From the NCBI GenBank assembly GCA_947628655.1, contig CANRAS010000007.1, positions 1-64,000 on the forward strand: 64,000 bases of DNA, written 5' to 3'. Both the position numbers and the translations under genes were made by a program. Under the pieces are notes generated by a model, which worked only from the letters and a program-made list of their open reading frames with translations, was not told where the DNA came from and made no database searches. This document shows, one piece after another, positions 56,978 through 64,000 of this stretch. How positions within the stretch are numbered: position 1 is the stretch's first letter; each line of letters opens with the position of its first letter. The stretch is from an uncultured Clostridia bacterium (GTDB lineage: Bacteria > Bacillota > Clostridia > Oscillospirales > Ruminococcaceae).

Positions 56978-58423
56978 CTACCTCACGACCTGCAAGCACC
57001 CCACTTGCATATCCCGACAGCCCGTTAAACTGCACCCTTTCTCCTTAGCGAACTTAATGTAATCGAGTATATCCCGCGTAATGCGTTCACCGGGGGCTAG
57101 AATGGGTATTCCCGGCGGGTAGCACATCACAAACTCACTGCATACTCTGCCCGTCGTCTGTTCAAGCGGTAACGTTTCCTGTTCGGCATAGAACGCCTGC
57201 TGAGGGGGCATATCGACCGTGGGGTTTATATACTCGTGGTCGAAAAGTCCCGCGGGAGAACGCCCGTACAGCCGCTTTATTTCCGACAGCGCGGACACTA
57301 ACCGCTCTATGTCAAGCGAACGGTCGCCGCCCGTGATTATCGCTAAAATATTCCCGATGTCGCCGAACTCTATTTGAATGTCGTACTCGTCGCGGAGCAG
57401 GTCGTACACCTCAATTCCCGCAAGACCCATTGCCCTTGTGTGAACGGAGAGTTTTGTCTTGTCGAACGCGAAAAACTCGCGCCCGTTGCAAAGTTCCTCG
57501 CCGAAAGCGTAATATCCGCCTATTGCGTTAATCTCACGGCGGGCGTATTCGGAAAACTCGACTGTCTTTGCGTAAAATTCCTTGCCGTGGAGCGCGAGGT
57601 TCTGCCGTGCGAGGTCAAGCGATACCATAAGAAGATAACTCGCCGACGTGGTTTGCGTGAGGTTCACTATCTGGCGGACGTAATCGGGAGCGACGGTATC
57701 AGCCATCAGCAAGACCGCGCTTTGCGTGAGCGAACCGCCCGTTTTGTGAACGGACACCGCCGACATATCCGCGCCCGCCGCCATTCCCGAAACGGGCAAT
57801 CCCTCGCCGAAATAAAAATGTGTGCCGTGCGCCTCGTCGCACAACACCAAAAGCCCGTGCTTATGCGCAATTTCCACGATTTTCTTTAAATCCGAACAAA
57901 TGCCGTAATACGTCGGGTTGTTTACAAGCACGGCTTTTGCGGTCGGGTTGCGGACAATCGCGAGTTCCACTTCTTCGGGGCGCATACCGAGCGGTATGCC
58001 GAGTTCCCCGTTCACTTCGGGGTTTACATACACCGGGACAGCTCCGCACACGACAAGCGCGTTAATCGCGCTCCTATGGACGTTTCGAGGCAGGATTATC
58101 TTGTCGCCCGATTTGCAGACGCTCATTATCATCGCCTGCACCGCGCCCGTCGCGCCGTTTACCGTAAACAGCGAATTTGCCGCGCCGAACGCGTCCGCGC
58201 AAAGTTCCTGCGCCCTCTTTATCACGGACACGGGGTGACATAGATTATCGAGCGGTTTCATCGAGTTCACGTCGTTTTTAAGACAGCTCTCCCCCAAAAA
58301 ATCGCTTAATATCCTGTTCCCGCGCCCGCCCTTATGTCCCGGCACGTCGAATTTCACAACGCGCTTTTGGCGGTACTCTTTCATTGCCTCGTACAAAGGG
58401 GCAAAATCTTGCTTTAATTTCAA
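56978..58423 (-). CDS. speA: arginine (Orn/Lys/Arg family) decarboxylase, B. subtilis SpeA type
   Basis: ..FDVPGHKGGRGN.. and ..AQELCADAFGA.. align to B. subtilis SpeA (HIPGHKKGAG.., AQDLAAEAFGA); 481 aa. Confidence 0.65.
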   Translation of the reverse strand: MKLKQDFAPLYEAMKEYRQKRVVKFDVPGHKGGRGNRILSDFLGESCLKNDVNSMKPLDNLCHPVSVIKRAQELCADAFGAANSLFTVNGATGAVQAMIMSVCKSGDKIILPRNVHRSAINALVVCGAVPVYVNPEVNGELGIPLGMRPEEVELAIVRNPTAKAVLVNNPTYYGICSDLKKIVEIAHKHGLLVLCDEAHGTHFYFGEGLPVSGMAAGADMSAVSVHKTGGSLTQSAVLLMADTVAPDYVRQIVNLTQTTSASYLLMVSLDLARQNLALHGKEFYAKTVEFSEYARREINAIGGYYAFGEELCNGREFFAFDKTKLSVHTRAMGLAGIEVYDLLRDEYDIQIEFGDIGNILAIITGGDRSLDIERLVSALSEIKRLYGRSPAGLFDHEYINPTVDMPPQQAFYAEQETLPLEQTTGRVCSEFVMCYPPGIPILAPGERITRDILDYIKFAKEKGCSLTGCRDMQVGCLQVVR

Positions 58424-58429
58424 GGTGCT

Positions 58430-58685
58430 TTAACTCCTATAGGTGGATTTAGTAGTAGTTAGAGAATAGTTGTTAGTAGTTAGTTTTGGTGCGCCCTACG
58501 GGCGCGATTAGATTGTCTTTTAGTCCAGAGGTTGACACACTAGGGTAAAAGCCACACCTCCTGCGAGGTGCAGGGGCGTATTAGTCCGCAGACAATCTTT
58601 CTTGTTCCCCCGCAGGGGGAACACCTAAACTAATAACTAACTACTATTCTCTAACTACTTATAAACTCCAACTTTCCTAACGAAT
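58430..58685. repeat. dispersed intergenic element copy with two AGATTGTCT/AGACAATCT cores
   Basis: gcgccc-tac-gggcgc + gATTAGATTGTCTttt at about 58495-58520, and ..tccgcAGACAATCTttc.. at about 58585-58600; tagttagagaatag motifs. Confidence 0.6.
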
Positions 58686-58686
58686 A

Positions 58687-59502
58687 TCAGTATATGTTCA
58701 TCCCGCTGAATATTTCAATCATCTCACTGCGCAGGCTGTTCGTAATCGCAAGGCGTTCCTGCGGGTGGACTTCATAAGCGTCCGTGTTGAACAGGTAGTT
58801 TTGAAGTTCTATTTCTTTGATAAGCATTTTTGTGTGGAATATATTTGACTGATACACGTTCACGTCCATAGCGTCGTATCTTGTAAGCGTTTCGGGGTCG
58901 ATAAATTCCTGTATTGAGCGCATAGGACTGTCCATAAAGCACTTTTTCCCCGTTACATCGCGCGTAAAACCGCGCACGCGATAATCTATTATGATAATAT
59001 CGGAATCGAAACTGCCGATAAGAAAATCCAGCGTTTTAAGCGGCGTTATCTCTCCGCACGTCGCAACGTCAATATCTACGCGGAATGTCGAGATCGCCTT
59101 ATCGGGGTGATATTCGGGGAAAGTGTGGACGGTGATGTGACTTTTATCCAAATGCGCATTAACGGAACAGCCCGCCGACTGATAGTATTCCAAACCCTTG
59201 TTGCAGGAACTGTCGATATGTTCGGGGTCGATACTTCCCTCGGCAAACAGCACGTTCACGGACGCGCCCTGCGGGTCATAATCCTGTTTTGATATGTTCA
59301 GTACGGTAGCGCCGATACGCTCCGTCACTCCGCACAAAATACCCGTCAGCCGTTCGGAATTATACTGCTCGTCAATATAAGCGATATAATCCTTTTGCTC
59401 CCTCTCACTTTTCGCGTAGCACACATCGTAAATGTTAAAGCTGAGCGTTTTTGTGAGGTTGTTAAAGCCATACAGCGACAGCTTTTTTTCCAACCCTAAC
59501 AT
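58687..59502 (-). CDS. speD: S-adenosylmethionine decarboxylase proenzyme (E. coli SpeD type)
   Basis: LSLYGFNNLTKTLSFNIYDVCYAKSEREQKDYIAYIDEQYN is closely similar to E. coli SpeD ([41 protein letters not shown]). Confidence 0.85.
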   Translation of the reverse strand: MLGLEKKLSLYGFNNLTKTLSFNIYDVCYAKSEREQKDYIAYIDEQYNSERLTGILCGVTERIGATVLNISKQDYDPQGASVNVLFAEGSIDPEHIDSSCNKGLEYYQSAGCSVNAHLDKSHITVHTFPEYHPDKAISTFRVDIDVATCGEITPLKTLDFLIGSFDSDIIIIDYRVRGFTRDVTGKKCFMDSPMRSIQEFIDPETLTRYDAMDVNVYQSNIFHTKMLIKEIELQNYLFNTDAYEVHPQERLAITNSLRSEMIEIFSGMNIY

Positions 59503-59777
59503 CACCCTTTCCTGAATAAAATTTTTAAAACTATTTTGTTTTCACACAAATTATATTTACAGTCAAAATGATTATAACATATTTTCAAAAAAATAGCAAT
59601 AGTTTTTTATTATTTTTTAAAGATAACGGCGCACGGATTTTTTGCCGTGCATAACACGGAAAGAATACTTGCAAAAAATATCCGCGCAATTCGTTTAAAC
59701 CTAAAAAATGCGCTTTGTTTATTGCATTTTAATAAATTCAATATAAAAAAATATACAATTTTATGAAATATTACTAT

Positions 59778-59805
59778 TGAATTTACCAATATGTTGTGTT
59801 ATAAT
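59778..59805 (+). promoter_or_regulatory. promoter (TTGAAT-16-TATAAT) with a ~275 nt leader upstream of the SCP2-domain gene
   Basis: Lies in an AT-rich block at 59520-59820. Confidence 0.4.
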
Positions 59806-60079
59806 GTAATTGCCTAAAATAATACCTTGTGTAGGGGAAGTAAAAGTACAAGCTGAAAATACAAAAATGCAGTTGTACCGTTCGCTGTCAGCAGGCGTTT
59901 ATTTTATGGCGAAGTTATTTACTGCGATGAAGAACTAAAGGAAAATATGCGTTATCGGCTTACATCAAAAACCGTTTCGCCGTGCGCAGAAAGCGTAAGA
60001 AAAAAACGGGTCAAAGCAGGGGTGCGTTTTTCGGTTTCAAAACAGGAAGATTTGCCCCGGCAATGCCAAGGAGGATTTT

Positions 60080-60703
60080 ATGGATAACAAAGAACTGTCT
60101 GCAAAGGTATGGAGCAACATTGAAAAAAGCAAGAGAAAAGCGGCGAAGTTTGAAGATAACGTTATCGTTTCTTTCTCGCTGATTTCCGAAAAGAATGACG
60201 ACGATCTTTATGTTGCGGTCATCAACGGCGAACTTTCCGTTATGCCGTATCGCTACAACGAGTACGGCTGCGAAATCGAGGCGTCGGCGGAAACCGTAAA
60301 CAAGCTGTTTTCGGGCGCGCTTTCATTCGATAAGGCTCTGAAAGACGGCATGGCTGTTGTTAAGGGCGGCGATGTTGCTAAGTTCAAGGCTCTGGAGTGC
60401 CTTGTTCCCGCGAAGAAAACTGCGGCTAAGAAGTCTGCTGCTAAGACTGCCGCAAAGAAAACCACGGCTAAAAAGTCAGCAACTAAGACTTCCGCAAAGT
60501 CTACCGCGAAAAAGACCGCAAAGCCCGCTGCGAAACCCGCTGTTAAAACTCCTGCGGCGAAACCTGCGGTTACTGAAAAGCCCGCTGCAACGGCTGCAAA
60601 GCCTGCTGCTCCCGCAGCTAAACCCGCAGCACCTGCAACAAAGCCTACTGCTACAACAACTAAGCCCGCAGCGCCCGCTGTTAAGCCGACTGTTAAGAAG
60701 TAA
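60080..60703 (+). CDS. SCP2 (sterol-carrier-protein-2-like) domain protein fused to a ~100 aa histone-H1-like AKK/KPAA repeat tail
   Basis: SCP2-like N-terminal domain (..YVAVINGELSVMPYR.., ..GMAVVKGGDVAKFKALE). C-terminus: PAKKTAAKKSAAKTAAKK..KPAAKPAVKTPAAKPA... RBS AAGGAGG. Confidence 0.6.
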   Translation: MDNKELSAKVWSNIEKSKRKAAKFEDNVIVSFSLISEKNDDDLYVAVINGELSVMPYRYNEYGCEIEASAETVNKLFSGALSFDKALKDGMAVVKGGDVAKFKALECLVPAKKTAAKKSAAKTAAKKTTAKKSATKTSAKSTAKKTAKPAAKPAVKTPAAKPAVTEKPAATAAKPAAPAAKPAAPATKPTATTTKPAAPAVKPTVKK

Positions 60704-60817
60704 TTTGCACATATTAAGAATAACAAGCCTGCCTTAATCGGCAGGCTTTTATTTTGCGGGAATATAATTTATTATTCAATAGTCGGTCTTAACTGTAAAC
60801 TGTTAAAAGCTGCTATC

Positions 60818-60846
60818 TTGACTTTATTTCAGAAATATGATATAAT
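60818..60846 (+). promoter_or_regulatory. promoter (TTGACT-17-TATAAT) of the DUF4160/DUF2442 pair
   Basis: Consensus hexamers about 40 nt upstream of the DUF4160 start. It is preceded by a copy of the cttaactgtaaactg motif. Confidence 0.55.
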
Positions 60847-60885
60847 AGCAATAGAATAAACTGCGCAGATTTAAGGAGAATAACA

Positions 60886-61146
60886 ATGCCGACTATATGT
60901 ATGTTCAGAGGAATTAAGGTTTGTATTTACTGGCAGGATCATATGCCACCGCATTTTCACGCGTTTTACGGCGGGGCTGAGGTTCTTGTATCAATTGAAG
61001 ATATTGAAGTAATGGACGGCAGTATGCCGCCAAAACAACTTAAAATGCTCCTTGGTTGGGCGGCGTTTCATCAGGAAGAACTTCGGGAAAATTGGGAACT
61101 CGCACGGCAAAAGCAAGAGTTGTTTTCTATAGAGCCATTGAAGTAA
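60886..61146 (+). CDS. DUF4160 domain protein
   Basis: MPTICMFRGIKVCIYWQDHMPPHFHAFYGG.. matches the DUF4160 signature (..DH.PPHFHa.Y). Confidence 0.75.
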   Translation: MPTICMFRGIKVCIYWQDHMPPHFHAFYGGAEVLVSIEDIEVMDGSMPPKQLKMLLGWAAFHQEELRENWELARQKQELFSIEPLK

Positions 61147-61168
61147 AGCGCTTGTGGAGGTGACCAAA

Positions 61169-61540
61169 ATGCCGCAGTCAGTTGAATACTATCAATCCAA
61201 AGGCTTTGACAGAAAAACCGCCGAGTATTTCGCGGCGGGCAGGAAGAAGATTATAAGCGTTTCGGCTAACGATGATTTTACGCTGTTTATAAATTTCGAC
61301 AACGGCGAAAAGCGGCTGTATGACGTTCGCCCGCTTTTGCAAAAAGGCACGGTATTTGAAAGAATAGCCGATATAAACACGTTTCGCCGCGCTTATGTCG
61401 ATGAACAGCATTGCATAGCTTGGGACATTGACCCCGATGTCAACAGCAACGAGGTTTGGAGCAACAAGATAGATTTGTGTTCGGACAGTTGTTATATAGA
61501 CAGCGTGCCTGTTGCTGACAACATACGAGGAAATTTGTAA
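61169..61540 (+). CDS. DUF2442 domain protein
   Basis: ..FTLFINFDNGEKRLYDVRPLL..IAWDIDPDVNSNEVW matches the DUF2442 pattern. Likely start MPQSV after RBS GGAGGTGA; the ORF track begins at a GTG 15 nt upstream. Confidence 0.7.
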   Translation: MPQSVEYYQSKGFDRKTAEYFAAGRKKIISVSANDDFTLFINFDNGEKRLYDVRPLLQKGTVFERIADINTFRRAYVDEQHCIAWDIDPDVNSNEVWSNKIDLCSDSCYIDSVPVADNIRGNL

Positions 61541-61690
61541 TGTACAGATACGAAATAATTTTATATTGGAGCGCGGAGGACGAGCGGTTTATCGCGGAAA
61601 ACTCACGTTCTCGTAAATACAGAAAAGTCTGCAAAGAACTTTAGGAAATTGATAATCGCTGTGAATATTAACAACTCTTGCCCCCGCCGT

Positions 61691-61760
61691 CGGCGGGGCA
61701 ATTTGTCTTTTTAACCCGTTCCCCGCCACAGGCGGGGAACCGCCTTTTTACTATTCCGGC
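61691..61760 (+). terminator. two tandem rho-independent terminators
   Basis: gcccccgccgtcggcggggc + aatttgtcttttt, then gttccccgcc-aca-ggcggggaac + cgccttttt. Confidence 0.75.
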
Positions 61761-61764
61761 GTTT

Positions 61765-61838
61765 TCCGCGTAGCGGATAATGAGCGTTTTCCGCGTAGCG
61801 GATAATGAGCGTTTTCCGCGTAGCGGATAATGCGTACA
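61765..61838. repeat. 3x tandem 25 bp repeat (gcgttttccgcgtagcggataatga), continuous with a dispersed-element arm
   Basis: Direct reading; the third copy runs into ..gcgtacactcttaactgtaaactgatgacggcgggg. Confidence 0.8.
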
Positions 61839-61955
61839 CTCTTAACTGTAAACTGATGACGGCGGGGAGAGGGGTTCTGCATATTTAGAAGTTTTACGCC
61901 CAAGCCCAAATTCTAAATTGTCCGACCCTCGCATAAAATCCTACGGGGTGATAAA

Positions 61956-62336
61956 ATGCGAAAGAAAAAACACGCCGACAAACTAAAGCCGTATCTGTTG
62001 GGAACGCTGTTCGGCTACTTTGCAATGCTGATTACGATTTTGCCCGCGTCATTGGTGCTTTCCTTGATGAAATCGGCGGCGGCGGGAGCGGGCGCGGCGG
62101 CGGTCGTCGCACTTACTATCGGCGGGTTCGTCTGCGGAAAAACAGCGGGGCTTATTCGACGCAGGGACGGGCTAAAAACGGGTCTGCTCTGCGGTGCGAT
62201 GTTCGCCGTGCCTATTGTTCTTATAGCGTTTATTACCTCAACCAAAACAAACGGATTTCTTCTTCTGAAGATAGCGTTATGTATGTCGTTCGCCGCTGTC
62301 GGCGGGGTGTCGGGCGTCAATTCGTCTGAGGAGTAG
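61956..62336 (+). CDS. small polytopic membrane protein (126 aa)
   Basis: Four TM helices; no motif. Confidence 0.45.
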   Translation: MRKKKHADKLKPYLLGTLFGYFAMLITILPASLVLSLMKSAAAGAGAAAVVALTIGGFVCGKTAGLIRRRDGLKTGLLCGAMFAVPIVLIAFITSTKTNGFLLLKIALCMSFAAVGGVSGVNSSEE

Positions 62337-62339
62337 TTT

Positions 62340-63368
62340 ATGAAAATTTTGTTGTCCGTTATCGCGGGTTTCTGCGCGGTGTTTCTGATGATAAATCCGA
62401 AAGTTGTTTCCGAAACGATACGCGTTTCTTCGGTAAGCTGCCTTGAAGTTATCGTGCCGAGCCTGTTCGCGTTTACCGTGCTTGCAATTTATCTGCAAAA
62501 AAGCGGACTGTATCGGTATGCTTTGAAACCATTGACTTTCCCTTTATCAAAAATCCTGCGAATGGACGAGGAACTCTGCGCGGTCTTTGTTCTGGCGAAC
62601 ATCGGCGGTTATCCCGTCGGCGCGAAACTGCTCTCGGAACTCGTGCGGCAGGAACGGCTTTCCGCAAATGACGCGGGAAGAATGATGTGCTTTTGCTTTG
62701 GGAGCGGTCCGGGCTTTATGATCGGAATAATCGGAATGAAGATTTTCGGCAGCGCGGCGGCGGGTATTACCCTGTTCGGCGTGAGTTTTGCCGTGTCGCT
62801 GCTTATTGCGGGATTTATGCGGACACGAGGAAATTACGAACTGAAACCCGCCGAAAACCGCTTTGAACTTACCACGGACAGTTTCATTTCATCGGTTGCT
62901 GACGCGGCGCGGGTAATGTTTACCGTATGCGCGATGATAGTCGGGTTTTCGGCAATCTCGGCAATTTTACGGGAAATCGGCGTTTACAGTCTGTTCAGCG
63001 AAATATTCGGCACGGGAGAAATTTTCCCCGCACTTCTCGAAGTTACGAGAGCCGCCGAAATTCCGCTTTCGGAACACTCTCTGCCGTTCTGCGCGGCATT
63101 GCTGGCGTTCGGCGGAGTGTGCGTTCTTATGCAGATAGCCGCGCTTGCTAAAAATATTCCGCTTAAAAGTTTTTTAATCTCACGAGTACCCGCGGCGTTT
63201 CTCTGCGCGGTAATCTCCACACCCCTTGCAAGCCGTTTCGAAACAATTCAGACGCTTTCGGGGAACGCAGTCGTAACGCCGTTCACAAAGAACGCCGCGC
63301 TGTCCTTGTGCGTTATCGCGATGAGCTGTTTGTTGCTTGTGGGGAAGAAAGAGAATTACACGAGGTAA
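62340..63368 (+). CDS. nucleoside-recognition/Gate-domain membrane protein, sporulation YlbJ-like
   Basis: Polytopic protein; the ..ELCAVFVLANIGGYPVGAKLL.. and ..MCFCFGSGPGFMIGIIG.. regions resemble YlbJ/spore-maturation Gate domains. Immediately follows the previous gene (4 nt gap). Confidence 0.45.
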   Translation: MKILLSVIAGFCAVFLMINPKVVSETIRVSSVSCLEVIVPSLFAFTVLAIYLQKSGLYRYALKPLTFPLSKILRMDEELCAVFVLANIGGYPVGAKLLSELVRQERLSANDAGRMMCFCFGSGPGFMIGIIGMKIFGSAAAGITLFGVSFAVSLLIAGFMRTRGNYELKPAENRFELTTDSFISSVADAARVMFTVCAMIVGFSAISAILREIGVYSLFSEIFGTGEIFPALLEVTRAAEIPLSEHSLPFCAALLAFGGVCVLMQIAALAKNIPLKSFLISRVPAAFLCAVISTPLASRFETIQTLSGNAVVTPFTKNAALSLCVIAMSCLLLVGKKENYTR

Positions 63369-63422
63369 GGGGCGAGGGGGCGCAGTAGCTAGAGAATAGA
63401 GGCTAGTAACTAGTAAATGTTT

Positions 63423-63690
63423 AGGGCAGGCGGGCAGGCTGCGGGCAGGCTGCGGGCAGGCTTTGGGGCAGGCAAATTTGGCTTAACACCGCCGTTTGGG
63501 CAGGCTTTTGTTGTTTTTTATATATTCTAAGAAGTTTTTTAATTACACACAAAACAAATGCAAATCTATGCACTAAAAAAGTATAAGGAATTTGGCAAAA
63601 TAGCCCGCCAGCCTGCCCAAACGGCATAACAATGCGGGTTCAAGCCTGCCCGCAAGCCTGCCCGCAGCCTGCCCAAAGCCTGCCCTTGAC
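63423..63690. repeat. ~270 bp imperfect palindrome: 6x GGGCAGGC direct iterons (9-11 bp period), then ~100 bp AT-rich core, then 6x GCCTGCCC iterons
   Basis: Left array gggcaggc x6 at about 63423-63506. Right array gcctgccc x6 at about 63605-63690, which is the reverse complement. The flanks gccgttt/aaacggc are also inverted. The core is ttttgttgttttttatatattctaagaagttttttaattacacacaaaacaaatgcaaatc... Confidence 0.8.
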
Positions 63691-63699
63691 CTGCACTCT

Positions 63700-63835
63700 T
63701 AACCCGCAAAAACACCCCGCCGTCGGCGGGGCGTATTAATTAAAAGACAATCTAATCCGCGCGCGGAGCGCGCACATTATACTGTGCACTGTGCACTGTT
63801 AACTGTAAACTGCGGAAGAATGCTCCGCGCCCTTA
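63700..63835. repeat. dispersed intergenic element copy (hairpin ccccgccgtcggcgggg + aaAGACAATCTaatccgcgcgcggagcgcgcacattatactgtgcactgtgcactgttaactgtaaactg)
   Basis: Read on the reverse strand it is TTTACA-N22-TATAAT, then a 15 bp hairpin, then GGATTAGATTGTCT, then a terminator-like hairpin with a U-run. Confidence 0.6.
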
Positions 63836-63846
63836 TCAAGCACCCT

Positions 63847-64000
63847 CTAAAACGTTTTGTTCCCTTTAGCCGCGGCGCGTATCTCCATAACGCCCGTTTC
63901 GGGGTAGAAAAATTGTGTGCGCCCGTAGTCAAGTCCGACATCTTCCGCGAGTATCGGGATACGGTTTTCGCGCAGGAACTTTCTTACCGCCTCTAAGTTG
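63847..64000 (-). CDS. 3' end of a minus-strand CDS running off the window (..ILAEDVGLDYGRTQFFYPETGVMEIRAAAKGNKTF*)
   Basis: Open frame to the window edge with plausible codon usage; product unknown. Confidence 0.3.
   Translation of the reverse strand, partial: NLEAVRKFLRENRIPILAEDVGLDYGRTQFFYPETGVMEIRAAAKGNKTF

Overview
This 64 kb window looks like a high-GC Firmicute (Clostridia-like) chromosome: nearly every intergenic gap carries GC-rich palindromic repeat elements. The core is a long minus-strand division/cell-wall (dcw) cluster, in gene order mraZ-rsmH-ftsL-PBP-murE-murF-mraY-ftsW-murG-murA-ftsQ-ftsZ. It notably lacks murD, murC and ftsA. Next to it, also on the minus strand, sit pnp-rpsO and a polyamine biosynthesis cluster (speA-like, speD, speE, plus carboxynorspermidine dehydrogenase and decarboxylase). 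The accessory content is as follows.
(1) A c-di-GMP / multistep phosphorelay cluster at 18.7-27.9 kb: a REC-GGDEF protein, a lipoprotein solute-binding protein, a hybrid histidine kinase (HK) carrying a C-terminal DegV (fatty-acid-binding) domain, a hybrid HK with an HPt domain, and a REC-HD-GYP protein.
(2) A candidate defence pair at 3.4-6.5 kb: a 686 aa uncharacterised protein plus a HEPN/Abi_2 (AbiD/F-like) protein, with a remnant of an Abi 3' end and flanking repeats.
(3) An AT-rich islet at 15.3-17.0 kb holding a GNAT acetyltransferase and a complete type III toxin-antitoxin locus: promoter, about 3.5 imperfect 40 nt repeats, a terminator, and a ToxN/AbiQ toxin.
(4) A DUF4160/DUF2442 gene pair next to an SCP2-domain protein with a histone-H1-like tail.
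(5) An 812 aa zinc-ribbon protein with about 400 aa of disordered repeat tail, next to an SPFH gene that has a 470 nt leader.
(6) Several unusual non-coding structures: a dispersed hairpin + AGATTGTCT element family, a 1 kb gene-free repeat block, tandem 50-65 bp and 25 bp repeats, and a roughly 270 bp palindromic array of GGGCAGGC iterons around an AT-rich core.
I found no rRNA, tRNA or CRISPR array. Coordinates I counted by hand may be off by 1-2 nt.
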